This document shows positions 36,871 to 48,154 of a DNA stretch of 64,000 nucleotides, piece after piece. The first letter of the stretch is position 1, and each line of letters begins with the position of its first letter. Location: NCBI GenBank assembly GCA_041666045.1, contig JBAYHR010000001.1, positions 21,107 through 85,106 on the forward strand, given 5' to 3'. The notes under the pieces were generated by a model, which saw only the letters and a program-made list of their open reading frames with translations, made no database searches and was not told the origin of the DNA. The stretch comes from Minisyncoccota bacterium. Its GTDB lineage: Bacteria; Patescibacteriota; Minisyncoccia; Phycocordibacterales; UBA9973. The position numbers and the translations under genes were made by a program.

Positions 36871-37485
36871 ATGAGTGATGAAGAAATAAAAAAATCTGAA
36901 AATATAGAAGAAATTCCTGTTTCTCCTGAAGAAGTTGATTCTGAGGTTGTAGAATTTGAATTTAATGATGATGGGGAAGAGGATTTAAAGAAGACCCTAA
37001 AGAAACTTAGAGCTGATTTAAAAGTTTGTAGAAAAGAAAAGGAAGAGTATTTAACTGGTTGGCAGAAAGAGCGAGCAGAATTTGCTAATTATAAAAAACA
37101 AGAAGAAGACAGAAAAGCAAACTTTTCGGAAGGCTTGCGAGAAAGAATACTTTCAAGATTTCTTACTGTTATAGATAGTTTCAATATGGCTTTTGCAAAT
37201 AAAGAAGGCTGGGAAAAAGTTGATGAAAATTGGCGTAAGGGTGTGGAATATATTTATACGCAGATGAATAATATTTTTGAAGAATATGGAGTAAAACCAG
37301 TAGGAGAAATAGGGGAATCTTTTGATCCAAGCATGCATGAATCAATAGAAATGGTACCAACTGATAAAAAACAAGATGATCATAAAGTTTCTCAAGTGGT
37401 TCAAAAAGGTTACAAATTAGGCGATCGCATTATTCGTCCAGCTAGGGTGAATATATTTGAATATAATGAATCAGCAGGAAAGTAG
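36871..37485 (+). CDS. grpE: Nucleotide exchange factor GrpE
   Basis: AEFANYKK, FDPSMHE, QKGYKL...IIRPARV. Confidence 0.93.
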   Translation: MSDEEIKKSENIEEIPVSPEEVDSEVVEFEFNDDGEEDLKKTLKKLRADLKVCRKEKEEYLTGWQKERAEFANYKKQEEDRKANFSEGLRERILSRFLTVIDSFNMAFANKEGWEKVDENWRKGVEYIYTQMNNIFEEYGVKPVGEIGESFDPSMHESIEMVPTDKKQDDHKVSQVVQKGYKLGDRIIRPARVNIFEYNESAGK

Positions 37486-39124
37486 AAATTGTGAACACTG
37501 TAATCAAAAATTCTCAATATCTGAGGGTGAATTATCTTTATATAAAAAAGTTGGTATTGAACTGCCAACAATATGTTTCTTTTGTAGAGTAAAACAACAT
37601 TTATCTTTTTGGATGTTTGGAAAATTTAGAAAAGGGAAGTCGGATCTTTCGGGAGAAAGTTTGATTACAGTTTTACCAGAGAAAAATAGATATCCTATTT
37701 ACACATTGCATGAATGGCACAGTGACGCGTGGGACGCTATGGATTATGGTCAAGATTATGATTCATCAAAATCATTTTTTACTCAATTACAAGAACTTCA
37801 AGAAAAAGTTCCTCATTCTCATCAAAATGGTGCTAAAAATACAAATTGTGATTGGTGCGATGATGTATGGAATTCAAAGAATTGTTATTTATCACGTTCT
37901 ATGGAAACGTGTGAAGATTTATATTATTCATACAGAAATTTATGGGTGAAAAATTCAATTGATGTATCAGTTTGTTTTTATTCAGAGAAATGTTTTGATT
38001 GCGTAAATTGTTATAATTCTTACAAATTATTTTATTCTAGGAATTCCAAAGATTGCATTGATTCATATTTTTTACAGGATTGCAGAAATTGTCAGAATTG
38101 TTTTATGTGTTGGAATCTCAGGGGTAAATCATATTGTATAGAAAATATTCAATACACCAGGGAAGAATATTTAGAAAAATTAAAAACTTTTAAGCTTCAT
38201 TCGTATAATTCAATTCAGAAATATAAAAGACAGTTAGACAAAATAGCTCAAAACGAAGTAGTTCACAGAGAAAATTTTAATCTCAAAACTTATAATTCTG
38301 ATGGAGACAATTTAACTAACACAAAAGACTGCTACAATTGCTTTACAATTAATGATTCTGAAGATAGCTATAATTGTATTAGGGGAATGAAACAAAAATC
38401 AGATATTGATACTAATGGTTGTTGGTATTCTGAATTATTAGGCAATTGCAGTTGTTGTCTAAACAGTTATGCAGAAAAATATAGCGTGTGGTCTTCGTCT
38501 AGATATTCTGAGTATTTAGATTTATGCATAGAATGTGAATATTGTTTTGGTTGCGTAGGTTTAAAAAAGAAAAAATATTGTATTTTAAATAAACAATATG
38601 AGAAAGTTGAATATGAAAAACTTCGTGAACAAATTATTTCAGATATGAAAAAGCAAGGTGAATATGGCAAGTTTTTGCCTTATTCTATGTCCGCCGGACC
38701 ATTCAATTTTTCTACTAGTTTTTTGTATTTTCCAGATGTTAAAAAAGAAGATATTTTGAAACTTGGTGGTTATTGGGAAGATATCAACGAAAGCCACATA
38801 GATGGAATGCCCACAAGTGAATTACCTGATTCTATAAATGACGTATCCGATGATATTTGCTCTAAGGCTCTTATTTGTCCTGCCACTGGTTGGCGTTTTA
38901 ATATCGCTCAAAATGAGCTTTCTTTTTATAGAGAAAACAATATTCCATTACCGAGATATCATTTTGATGTACGAATAAAAGATAATATGAAATATACAAC
39001 TGTTTTACAAGCTTATCCTTATAAATGTTTTTATTGTAAAAAAGATATAAATGCATATTATCCACCAGAATGGGAATATAAAAAAATAGCTTGCGAAGAA
39101 TGTTATAAACAAAATATAAGTTAA
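37466..39124 (+). CDS. Cys-rich hypothetical protein (CxxC ribbons and CxxCxxC repeats)
   Basis: DAMDYGQDYD, CFGCVGLKKKKYCILNKQY, LPR; paralog of next ORF; start taken at ATG 37466. Confidence 0.75.
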   Translation: MNQQESRNCEHCNQKFSISEGELSLYKKVGIELPTICFFCRVKQHLSFWMFGKFRKGKSDLSGESLITVLPEKNRYPIYTLHEWHSDAWDAMDYGQDYDSSKSFFTQLQELQEKVPHSHQNGAKNTNCDWCDDVWNSKNCYLSRSMETCEDLYYSYRNLWVKNSIDVSVCFYSEKCFDCVNCYNSYKLFYSRNSKDCIDSYFLQDCRNCQNCFMCWNLRGKSYCIENIQYTREEYLEKLKTFKLHSYNSIQKYKRQLDKIAQNEVVHRENFNLKTYNSDGDNLTNTKDCYNCFTINDSEDSYNCIRGMKQKSDIDTNGCWYSELLGNCSCCLNSYAEKYSVWSSSRYSEYLDLCIECEYCFGCVGLKKKKYCILNKQYEKVEYEKLREQIISDMKKQGEYGKFLPYSMSAGPFNFSTSFLYFPDVKKEDILKLGGYWEDINESHIDGMPTSELPDSINDVSDDICSKALICPATGWRFNIAQNELSFYRENNIPLPRYHFDVRIKDNMKYTTVLQAYPYKCFYCKKDINAYYPPEWEYKKIACEECYKQNIS

Positions 39125-39165
39125 TACATATATACGCTATAGCGTATATATGTAAATTAAAAAAA

Positions 39166-40950
39166 ATGAGCAAAAACAATGAAAAAAGAATATGCCAAAA
39201 CTGTAAAAAAGATTTTGTTATAGAACAAGAAGATTTTAACTTTTATGAAAAAATAAAAGTCCCAGCACCAACTTGGTGCCCAGAGTGTAGGTTAATAAGA
39301 AGATTAGCTTATCGTGAATCTAGACCTTTGTATAAAGATATTTGTGATAAATGTGGGGAGGAAATTATAAGTATTTTTGCAGAAAATTCTGAAATTATAG
39401 TTTATTGTAGTTCCTGTTGGTGGGGAGATAGCTGGGATGCAATGGATTATGGAAAAGATTATGATTTTTCTAGACCTTTCTTTGAACAATTTTATGAATT
39501 ACAAAAATTAGTACCTCGTGAAGCTACTGGTCAAAAAAATTCTGAAAATTGTCAATATTCCAATGGTGATGTTCGTTGTAAAAACTGTACTTTAACTTTT
39601 GATTGTCTTGAGGCTATTAATTGTTATAATTCTCAAATTGCCATATTTTCTAAAGATTCAATAGATTCAGATAGCGTTATGAATGCTGATCATACTTATG
39701 ATAATTTGTGTTCAAATGGTATTTATAATACAAAATTTATTTATTATTCTGATGAATGTCTTGATTGCTCTTTTCTTTTTTATTGCTTAGGGTGTACAAA
39801 TTGTTTTGGTTGTGTAAATTTAAGAAATCAAAAATATTGTATTTGGAATAAACAATACACAAAAGAAGAATATAAAAAAGAAATTGAGAAATGGGATTTG
39901 GGTAGTTATAAAACTATACAAAAAGCAAAGGAAAAATTTATGGAACTTTATTATAAAATTCCAAGGCGTTTTGCTTTTATAACAAATTCCATTAATGTTA
40001 CTGGAGAAGATATTATAAATAGTAAAAATTGCAAAAATTGTTTTTTTACTAGGCATGGAGTAGAAAATTGTAAATATATTTTTTCATGTGGTTTGCTCTT
40101 AAAAGATAGTTATGACGCTACTTTTGGAGGAGATAAATCAGAAATATTTTATGAAACAAATGGCGGAATGCAATCCCAAAGATGTTTTTTTAGTCGTGCA
40201 CCTAATGGTTCTAAGGACATAGAATATTCCGATAGAGTTTTTAACTGTTCTAATTTATTTGGTTGCGTAAATTTGAGAAATAAAAGTCATTGTATTTTTA
40301 ATAAGCAATATACTAAAGAAAAATATTTTGAAATGGTAGAAAAAATAAAAAGGCAAATGAATGAAATGCCATACATTGATAGAATGGGCAGAATTTATAA
40401 ATATGGAGAATTTTTTCCTAGTGAGTTGTCCCTATGGGCATATAATAAAAGCTGGGGACATGAATTTTTTCCATTAAACAAAGAAGATATTTTAAAAAGA
40501 GGATTTAATTGGCAGGACGACCCCAAAAGAGATTATGAAATAACTATTAAATCAAAAGATTTACCTGATCATATTAATGATGTTTCAGATGATATTTTAG
40601 ATGAAGTAATAGAATGTGAACATAATGGAAAAGATTGTAATCAGCAATGCACTACAGCTTTTAGGATTTTACCGAATGAATTGCAATTTTACAGGCAGAT
40701 GAATTTAGCTTTACCAAGGTTATGTCCAAATTGTCGCCACTATGAACGAATTAAAAAAACAAACCCACCAAAACTTTGGCATAGAAAGTGTATGTGTAAT
40801 GGCGTAGAATCAAGCAATAAGGAATATAAAAATACTATTAAACATTTTCATGGAGATAAACCATGTTCCAATGAATTTGAAACTGCTATAAGTGATGAAA
40901 GAAAAGAGATAGTGTATTGTAAAGAATGTTATCAAGCTGAATTTATATGA
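39166..40950 (+). CDS. Cys-rich hypothetical protein (paralog)
   Basis: CQNC, PTWCPECR, CFGCVNLRN.KYCI.NKQY twice, VYCKECY. Confidence 0.78.
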   Translation: MSKNNEKRICQNCKKDFVIEQEDFNFYEKIKVPAPTWCPECRLIRRLAYRESRPLYKDICDKCGEEIISIFAENSEIIVYCSSCWWGDSWDAMDYGKDYDFSRPFFEQFYELQKLVPREATGQKNSENCQYSNGDVRCKNCTLTFDCLEAINCYNSQIAIFSKDSIDSDSVMNADHTYDNLCSNGIYNTKFIYYSDECLDCSFLFYCLGCTNCFGCVNLRNQKYCIWNKQYTKEEYKKEIEKWDLGSYKTIQKAKEKFMELYYKIPRRFAFITNSINVTGEDIINSKNCKNCFFTRHGVENCKYIFSCGLLLKDSYDATFGGDKSEIFYETNGGMQSQRCFFSRAPNGSKDIEYSDRVFNCSNLFGCVNLRNKSHCIFNKQYTKEKYFEMVEKIKRQMNEMPYIDRMGRIYKYGEFFPSELSLWAYNKSWGHEFFPLNKEDILKRGFNWQDDPKRDYEITIKSKDLPDHINDVSDDILDEVIECEHNGKDCNQQCTTAFRILPNELQFYRQMNLALPRLCPNCRHYERIKKTNPPKLWHRKCMCNGVESSNKEYKNTIKHFHGDKPCSNEFETAISDERKEIVYCKECYQAEFI

Positions 40951-41118
40951 ATAAATTAAAACTAAAATTAGAATCATTAAAATATTTAATTCCAATATTG
41001 TTAAAAACAATCAAATTTCGTATTGTAGTATTTTTTCATAAGATTTTTAAATAGTAATATTTAATTTAATGTGGTATAATAAAGATGAGGCATAAAAATT
41101 GTCTTATTTTTATTTTAT

Positions 41119-42900
41119 ATGGAAAAAGAAAAAGAATATACAAATTTGCACCGAGGCTTGGTGCTTAAATATTTTTGGCAAGTTATTAAGAAATTTAAAG
41201 TTTCGTTTTTTGCTGTTATTTTTCTTACCATAATTGCTTCAAGTCTTGATGTTTATATACCACTCCAATATTTGAAATTGTGGAATGTTTTAAGTAAAAA
41301 TGATTTTACTTTTATAAATACTGCACAATCAATTATACTTTTAATTTTAACTTTAAATCTTACCCGTTGGGTTATTCGTAGATCTAGTACTTTTTTAAAT
41401 GTATATTTTGAAGCTGGGGTTATGGCTGGACTTCGTGAGCAAGCTTTTTCATACATGATAGGGCACTCACATTCATTTTTTACAAATAATTTTGGAGGGT
41501 CATTAACTCAAAAAATAAATAAATATGCTAGAGCATTTGAAAAATTAACTGACAGAATAGTGTCTGATTTATTACCGCTTATTGTTCGAGGAATTGGAAC
41601 AGTTATTGCTGTTTATACTTTGCTTCCAAAATATTCTTTAATTTTAGGAATATTTTGTATTGTATTTTTATTGACTGTTTTTATTTTTACTCGTTATAAA
41701 CTTAAATATGATATTGCAGCATCTATGGCAGACACTAAAACCACAGGAGCTATATCAGACTCTATTGGTAATCATTCTTCAATACAATTATTTACTGGTC
41801 ATGAATATGAAAAAGAACGTGTTGGTGGTGTTATACAAAAGCAAAGAAAAGCTTCTCTTTTAAATTGGTATTTATGGGAAACGCTTGCTTTAATTGAAAG
41901 TTTTTATTCTATAGTGATTGAATTTATTATTTTCTGGATTGCTCTTGGAGATTGGAAACTTGGCATTATAGGCTTGCCTGTAATGGTATTACTGCAAAGT
42001 TATATTATTCGTCTATTGGAGAATTTATGGAATTTTGCTGGTTTTGTTCGCGCTTTTTATGAAGCTTTTGCTGATGCAGAAGAAATGGCAGTTATTTTAA
42101 ATACACCTTATGAAATTGTTGATAATTCTAAAAAAGTTGTTAAAAACGTAAAGGGAGACGTTGTTTTTGATAATATTACTTATGTATATAAGAATAATAA
42201 TGTTAAAGTATTTGATAATTTTTCATTAAAAATTTCTTCAGGACAGAAGATAGCAATTGTTGGTTTTTCTGGAGCAGGAAAGACGACTTTTGTTCGTTTA
42301 TTGATGAGATTATTTAATCTTACTTCTGGAAAGATTTTAATTGATGATATTGATATAAATAGTATTAGTCAGAAAAATCTTAGAGAGCAGATTGCTTTTG
42401 TGCCTCAAGACCCAGTACTTTTTCATCGTACTTTAATGGAAAATATTCGTTATGGTAAACGTGATGCGACAGACGAAGAAGTATTAAAAGCTAGCTCTCT
42501 TGCGCACTGTGATGAATTTATTAAATTTTTACCGAAAGGTTATGAAACTTATGTTGGTGAAAGAGGAGTAAAATTATCTGGCGGGGAACGTCAGCGTGTA
42601 GCTATAGCTCGTGCAATTTTAAAAAATGCACCAATACTTATTTTAGATGAAGCGACGTCATCGTTAGATTCTCATTCAGAATCTTTAATTCAAGATGCTT
42701 TTAAGAAATTGATGAAAGATAAAACGACAATTGTTATTGCTCATAGACTTTCAACTATTAAAGAAATGGATAGAATTATTGTTATTGAAAATGGAAAAAT
42801 TATTGAAGATGGTACTCATGTTAAACTCACAAATAAAAAAAGCGGACTTTATAAAAAACTTTGGGATCTACAAGCCGGAGGATTTAAAAAAGAAATTTAA
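41119..42900 (+). CDS. ABC exporter, fused permease/ATPase
   Basis: TM domain, GFSGAGKT, LSGGERQR, ILDEAT, IAHRLST. Confidence 0.92.
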   Translation: MEKEKEYTNLHRGLVLKYFWQVIKKFKVSFFAVIFLTIIASSLDVYIPLQYLKLWNVLSKNDFTFINTAQSIILLILTLNLTRWVIRRSSTFLNVYFEAGVMAGLREQAFSYMIGHSHSFFTNNFGGSLTQKINKYARAFEKLTDRIVSDLLPLIVRGIGTVIAVYTLLPKYSLILGIFCIVFLLTVFIFTRYKLKYDIAASMADTKTTGAISDSIGNHSSIQLFTGHEYEKERVGGVIQKQRKASLLNWYLWETLALIESFYSIVIEFIIFWIALGDWKLGIIGLPVMVLLQSYIIRLLENLWNFAGFVRAFYEAFADAEEMAVILNTPYEIVDNSKKVVKNVKGDVVFDNITYVYKNNNVKVFDNFSLKISSGQKIAIVGFSGAGKTTFVRLLMRLFNLTSGKILIDDIDINSISQKNLREQIAFVPQDPVLFHRTLMENIRYGKRDATDEEVLKASSLAHCDEFIKFLPKGYETYVGERGVKLSGGERQRVAIARAILKNAPILILDEATSSLDSHSESLIQDAFKKLMKDKTTIVIAHRLSTIKEMDRIIVIENGKIIEDGTHVKLTNKKSGLYKKLWDLQAGGFKKEI

Positions 42901-42913
42901 AACATAAAAAATC

Positions 42914-42980
42914 TAATTATCAAAAGTTTTCTGGCGAACAAAACGAAGCCAGTGTTCGCAGGCGAAAACTTTTATAATTA
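42914..42980. repeat. Palindromic element or bidirectional terminator
   Basis: taattat-c-aaaagttttc/gaaaactttt-ataatta with inner gcgaaca/tgttcgc. Confidence 0.6.
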
Positions 42981-43595
42981 TATTTTTTTAACATTTTCTA
43001 AAAATGCTTTATTTGTTTCTGGGTCAAGTTTATCTGTAACTATTATCATAAGTTCTGTGGAGAGCTCAAGATCTTTTTTGATATTTGTAAATAAGTTTTC
43101 ATAAGGAAAAGGTGAGACCCAAACAGTATTTTTTATACAAACAAAATTTGCTTTCTTTAAAAGATAACGCAATGATTCTCTTTCTGATTTTCTTTCTTCT
43201 GGAAGGTCTAGAATTATAATTCTCCAAAATCCATCCCAAGTAGTTGAGACTAGGGCATCTTCACCTTCGAGTTTTATGCAGTTTAATTTAGATTTTCCTT
43301 TTTTAGTTATTTTCAAATAGTCTTGATTATCCGAATGAACCATTTCAGCGCAACCTGATTCTATTAGATTTTTAACAGAACGGGTTATTGCGTAACCAGT
43401 TTTATCTCCTCCTTTTTGAGGAGGAGTGCCCTTTAGGGCGAGATGGTGATTTTTTGAATTACCACCCCCAACCCCCTCCTTATTAAGGAGGGGAGTTTTA
43501 TTCTCCATTTTTTTATTTAATTCACCAATAGAAATAGCTGGCTTTTCAGCTAATACTTTTAAAATAACCTTTTGTATATTAGGTTTTTTAAACAT
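42978..43595 (-). CDS. PaaX-like transcriptional regulator (wHTH plus Cas2-like central domain) with in-frame element
   Basis: LKITKKG, WDGFWRIIILDLPE, VWVSPF; start taken at ATG 43595. Confidence 0.7.
   Translation of the reverse strand: MFKKPNIQKVILKVLAEKPAISIGELNKKMENKTPLLNKEGVGGGNSKNHHLALKGTPPQKGGDKTGYAITRSVKNLIESGCAEMVHSDNQDYLKITKKGKSKLNCIKLEGEDALVSTTWDGFWRIIILDLPEERKSERESLRYLLKKANFVCIKNTVWVSPFPYENLFTNIKKDLELSTELMIIVTDKLDPETNKAFLENVKKI
43405..43494 (-). mobile_element. ~90-bp MITE/REP-like element in frame within the PaaX-like gene
   Basis: Nearly identical to 26382-26472. Confidence 0.85.
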
Positions 43596-43741
43596 AATAT
43601 AAATTATAGCAAATATTAGTAATTTTAACAACTATTTCGCGACCACGAAATACTTGTCAAAAAATTAGGCTTAGTATATAATAGGGCTATTAATTATTAA
43701 CCCTGATTATCGGGTCAGGAAATTTAAATAAAATATATATT

Positions 43742-45658
43742 ATGTCAAAAATATTAGGTATAGACTTAGGTACAACAAATTCGGCTTTTGCTGTAATAGA
43801 AGGTGGAGAGCCAAAGATTTTAGAAAACTCTGAGGGGATGCGCACGACTCCTTCGATAGTAGCAGAATCAAAAACAAAAGATCGTATCTTTGGAATTTTA
43901 GCAAAACGTCAAAGTGTGACAAATCCCAAAAATACAATTTTTCAAATTAAAAGATTTATTGGTCATACATTTGATGAACCGGGTGTTCAGAAAGATATTC
44001 AGACAATTCCTTTTGAAACAAGAAAATCTGAAAATGGTGGAATTGAAATAAAAATGGGAGATAAATTTTATCGTCCAGAAGAAATCTCTGCTATGATTTT
44101 GCAAAAAATTAAAGCAGACGCAGAAGCACGAATTGGAGAAAAAATAACAGAAGCTGTGATAACAGTCCCTGCATATTTTAATGATTCACAAAGACAAGCT
44201 ACAAAAGATGCTGGAAGAATCGCAGGTCTTGATGTAAAAAGAATTATAAACGAACCTACTGCAGCAGCTCTTGCATATGGATTTAATAAAAATAAAAATG
44301 AAAAAATAGCAGTGTTTGATTTCGGAGGAGGAACATTTGACGTGTCTATTCTTGAAGTTGGTGATGATGTTGTGGAAGTAAAATCTACAGATGGTGACTC
44401 TCATTTAGGAGGAAAAGATATTGATCAAAAAATTATGAATTGGTTGGCTGAAGGTTTCCAAAAAGAAAATGGTATTGATTTAAGGAAGGATCCATTGGCT
44501 CGTCAACGTTTAGATGACGCAGCAGAAAAATCAAAAATAGAACTTTCAACAGCTGTTGAAAGTGAAATAAACATTCCATTCATTACATCAAGTGATGCAG
44601 GTCCACTTCACCTTGTACGCACAATGAAGCGTGCAGAGTTGGAAGAAATTTGTAGAGAATTTGTTGATCGCGCAATGAGTATTACAAAAAGAGCTATGGA
44701 AGCTTCGCCTTTTAAAATAAATGAAATAAACGAGGTTATATTAGTTGGAGGACAGACAAGAATGCCTATGATTCAAAAGGCAGCTGAAGATTTCTTTGGA
44801 AAGAAACCACATATTGGCGTGAATCCAGATGAAGTTGTAGCGCTTGGTGCTGCAGTGCAAGCTGGAGTATTGCAAGGAGATGTTAAGGATATTCTTCTTT
44901 TGGATGTTATACCACTTTCTTTAGGTATTGAAACATTAGGAGGAGTTGCAACTAAATTAGTTGAAAGAAATACAACTATCCCTAGTTCTAAATCACAAAT
45001 ATTCTCAACTGCAGCAGATAATCAAACTTCAGTAGAAATTCATATCGTTCAAGGTGAACGTCCTATGGCATCTGACAATAAATCTCTCGGAAGATTTATA
45101 TTAGACGGAGTTCCACCATCTCCTCGTGGTATGCCTCAAGTAGAAGTGACTTTTGATGTTGATGCAAATGGAATTTTAAATGTTAAAGCATTAGAGAAAT
45201 CTTCTGGTAAAGTTCAATCAATTAGAATTGAGGCAAGTTCTGGTCTTAAGGAAGAAGATATCAAAAAAATGCAAGCTGATGCAGAAATTCATGCTGAAGA
45301 AGATAAAAAGAAAAGAGAAGTTGCTGATATAAGAAATACTGCTGAGATGACTTTGTATACAGCAGAAAAAGCATTGAAAGATAATGAAACAAAAATTCCT
45401 GAGGAATTAAAAAATGAAGTTAATAATAAAATAACTGCATTACGCACAGTGAAAGATGGTGTTGATGTAGAAGCAATTAAAAAAGCTATGGAAGAACTTT
45501 CTTCTGAAATGTCTAAGATCGGGGAAGCTCTTTCTAAAGCATCACAAAATACACAAAATGAAGCTTCAGCCGGAGAAACCAAAGAAGAGGATAATGTACG
45601 AGATGCAGAATTTAAAGAAGGGGAAAATCCTGAATCTGGGGAGGTAAAAAAAGAATAA
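43742..45658 (+). CDS. dnaK: Chaperone DnaK
   Basis: [32 protein letters not shown]. Confidence 0.98.
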   Translation: MSKILGIDLGTTNSAFAVIEGGEPKILENSEGMRTTPSIVAESKTKDRIFGILAKRQSVTNPKNTIFQIKRFIGHTFDEPGVQKDIQTIPFETRKSENGGIEIKMGDKFYRPEEISAMILQKIKADAEARIGEKITEAVITVPAYFNDSQRQATKDAGRIAGLDVKRIINEPTAAALAYGFNKNKNEKIAVFDFGGGTFDVSILEVGDDVVEVKSTDGDSHLGGKDIDQKIMNWLAEGFQKENGIDLRKDPLARQRLDDAAEKSKIELSTAVESEINIPFITSSDAGPLHLVRTMKRAELEEICREFVDRAMSITKRAMEASPFKINEINEVILVGGQTRMPMIQKAAEDFFGKKPHIGVNPDEVVALGAAVQAGVLQGDVKDILLLDVIPLSLGIETLGGVATKLVERNTTIPSSKSQIFSTAADNQTSVEIHIVQGERPMASDNKSLGRFILDGVPPSPRGMPQVEVTFDVDANGILNVKALEKSSGKVQSIRIEASSGLKEEDIKKMQADAEIHAEEDKKKREVADIRNTAEMTLYTAEKALKDNETKIPEELKNEVNNKITALRTVKDGVDVEAIKKAMEELSSEMSKIGEALSKASQNTQNEASAGETKEEDNVRDAEFKEGENPESGEVKKE

Positions 45659-45669
45659 TTTAATTTACT

Positions 45670-45694
45670 AAAAAGCCCACTTTTGGGCTTTTTA
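45670..45694 (+). terminator. Intrinsic terminator
   Basis: aaaaagccca-cttt-tgggcttttt. Confidence 0.8.
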
Positions 45695-45725
45695 GTTTAA
45701 TATATATTTGGTATAATTTAAAAAT

Positions 45726-47846
45726 ATGGAATTGTCAGAAATACCTAAAAATAAAGATCTCACATACCTTGGGCTTACCACATTTCGTGATAAAAATAGA
45801 CTTTTTGGCATAAAGCGCAAAGATAGACGTCAGCATGTTTATGTTCTTGGAAAATCAGGTACAGGTAAATCTGTGCTTATGTTTAATATGGTTATTCAGA
45901 ATGTTGTAAATGGCGATGGTGTTTGTGTTGTAGATCCTCACGGTGAACTTGTGGAAGCAGTATTGTCTGCTATTCCACCACATAGATTAAAAGATGTTGT
46001 TTATTTTAATCCTGCTGATACAGATTACCACATTGGTTTTAATGTTTTAGAACTTGCTGATCCTAAATATAAACATTTAGTTGCATCAGGTCTCATGGGA
46101 ATTTTCACAAAGATTTGGGCAAATGCTTGGTCTGCTCGTATGGAATATATTTTAAACAATGCAATTTTAGCCTTACTTGATACTCCCGGGACGACACTTC
46201 TTGGTATCCCTAGAATGTTAGTGGACAAAGATTACAGACAGAAAATTATTTCAAATTTGAAAGATCCTGTTATTAAAGCTTTTTGGGTTCACGAATATGA
46301 AGCTTGGCAAGATAAATTCAGAAATGAAGCTATCGCGCCTATTCAGAATAAAGTTGGACAATTTCTTTCCAGTTCAATAATTCGTAATGTTGTTGGTCAA
46401 TCTATAAGTACAATAAATATTTTTGACATAATGAATGAGGGAAAGATTTTCCTTGTGAATGTTTCAAAGGGACGTATTGGTGAAGACAATTCTGCATTAT
46501 TAGGAGGAATGTTAATTACGAAAATTCAGCTTGCCGCTATGGAGCGCGTGCGTATTCCAGAAGATGACAGAAAAGATTTTTATTTATATGTTGACGAATT
46601 TCAAAACTTTGTTACTGATTCTTTTGCAAGTATTTTGTCAGAAGCTAGAAAATACAGATTGAATCTTACTGTTGCCCATCAATACACCGCTCAGCTTGTT
46701 TCAGACAAAAGTTCCAGCGTGCGTGATGCGGTTTTTGGAAACGTTGGAACAATGATAATTTTTCGTTGTGGCGCCGATGATGCTGATTTTTTAGAAAAAG
46801 AATTTGATCCTGAATTTACTCCGCAAGATATTGTAAATTTGCCAAACTATAAAGTTTATTTAAAACTTATGATAGATGGTGTAACATCAAGGCCATTTTC
46901 CGCAAAAACTTTGCCTCCGATGGTGAAGTCGGGAAATAAAGAAATAGAAAATGAAGTTATTAGATCTTCTCGGGCTCTTTATTGCAAATCAAAAGAAGTT
47001 GTTGAAAGAGAAATCAATAATTGGTCTGGAATGTCCATTGGAAATGAAAACGAGACAGGTAATATGGAGAAATTTAGCGCCAAATGTTCAATTTGTTTTA
47101 GTGATACTTTTGTTCCATTTAAACCAGAACCAGGAAGGCCAGTTTATTGTAGAGATTGTATAGCTAAAATGAAATCAGGGGAATTGAAACCGTTAAAAGG
47201 TTCAATGAAACAAATTTCTTATGATGAAACTAAATTTTTCAAACCTTTGGCTGATTTGGGTATAGAATTTCAACAAAAGGATACTTTAAGCAGTAAGCCC
47301 GAAGAAGAAAGATATTCTGAAAGAGTTAATAAACAAATTGCACATAATCAGGTTAATAAAAGTGGAAATAATAAACCAGGGATTTTTTCAGCAATTAAAA
47401 AGGTATTTACACCGCCTTTTGCAAGAGACAGGTTTAATAAAAATATTCCACCAAAACATATTCGTTCTGGCGAGGAAAATTTAGCATTAAGAGATATTTT
47501 AAACAAAACTCTTTCAGAAAATAAAGTTTTTGAAAATAAAAAAGAAGAGGTTAAGGAGATTGAAGAAGTAAAAAAAGAAACACCAGCACCGATTTCTTTA
47601 AATGAATTGGGAAATTCAAAACCTGCAACTCAATCAAAATTGAAAGATAGATCTGCAAGTAATGAAAAAATGAATAATTTAAAAAATTTAATTTCAGAAA
47701 AAACAAAAGAACAAGAAAAGCAAAAAGAAGAAAAAGTTGAAATAAAAAAAGAGCCAGAAATTAAAAAAGAGGAAAAGCCCACTATTCCACAAAAAGAGAA
47801 AGTGAAAGAAGTACCAGAAGACGTTTTAAGAAAAATTTTAGAATAA
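45726..47846 (+). CDS. VirD4/TraG/HerA-like ATPase with CxxC-x17-CxxC domain and charged tail
   Basis: [29 protein letters not shown]...VYCRDC. Confidence 0.8.
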   Translation: MELSEIPKNKDLTYLGLTTFRDKNRLFGIKRKDRRQHVYVLGKSGTGKSVLMFNMVIQNVVNGDGVCVVDPHGELVEAVLSAIPPHRLKDVVYFNPADTDYHIGFNVLELADPKYKHLVASGLMGIFTKIWANAWSARMEYILNNAILALLDTPGTTLLGIPRMLVDKDYRQKIISNLKDPVIKAFWVHEYEAWQDKFRNEAIAPIQNKVGQFLSSSIIRNVVGQSISTINIFDIMNEGKIFLVNVSKGRIGEDNSALLGGMLITKIQLAAMERVRIPEDDRKDFYLYVDEFQNFVTDSFASILSEARKYRLNLTVAHQYTAQLVSDKSSSVRDAVFGNVGTMIIFRCGADDADFLEKEFDPEFTPQDIVNLPNYKVYLKLMIDGVTSRPFSAKTLPPMVKSGNKEIENEVIRSSRALYCKSKEVVEREINNWSGMSIGNENETGNMEKFSAKCSICFSDTFVPFKPEPGRPVYCRDCIAKMKSGELKPLKGSMKQISYDETKFFKPLADLGIEFQQKDTLSSKPEEERYSERVNKQIAHNQVNKSGNNKPGIFSAIKKVFTPPFARDRFNKNIPPKHIRSGEENLALRDILNKTLSENKVFENKKEEVKEIEEVKKETPAPISLNELGNSKPATQSKLKDRSASNEKMNNLKNLISEKTKEQEKQKEEKVEIKKEPEIKKEEKPTIPQKEKVKEVPEDVLRKILE

Positions 47847-47866
47847 TATTAACCTTTTATTTAACA

Positions 47867-48106
47867 ATGACAGCTATTTTAATAATTGTAATAATTTCAT
47901 CTGTTTTAATAATTCGTTTTTTAGGTTCTACTGTATTTTTTTGGTGTATTCCAATTGCAATATTGGGGGTGCTTATTGCTTTTTTCTATCCAATTTTTAG
48001 AGATGAAGGTTGGGTTCCAGATGCTTCAAAACTGCCAAAGAAAATTTGGAAAAGATATTTAAAATGGGAATCAAAATTTTTCAAATGGCTAGATCGTTAT
48101 TTTTAG
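47867..48106 (+). CDS. Small membrane protein
   Basis: 79-aa ORF with two hydrophobic segments. Confidence 0.55.
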   Translation: MTAILIIVIISSVLIIRFLGSTVFFWCIPIAILGVLIAFFYPIFRDEGWVPDASKLPKKIWKRYLKWESKFFKWLDRYF

Positions 48107-48154
48107 ATTATGATGGAGAATAAGTTGAAATTATAGTAAAATAGGCAAATATAT

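Noticed and set aside
42978-43595. Cas2-like domain suggesting a CRISPR system
   Set aside because: The wHTH plus WDG.W layout is PaaX-like; no cas1 or repeat-spacer array in the window
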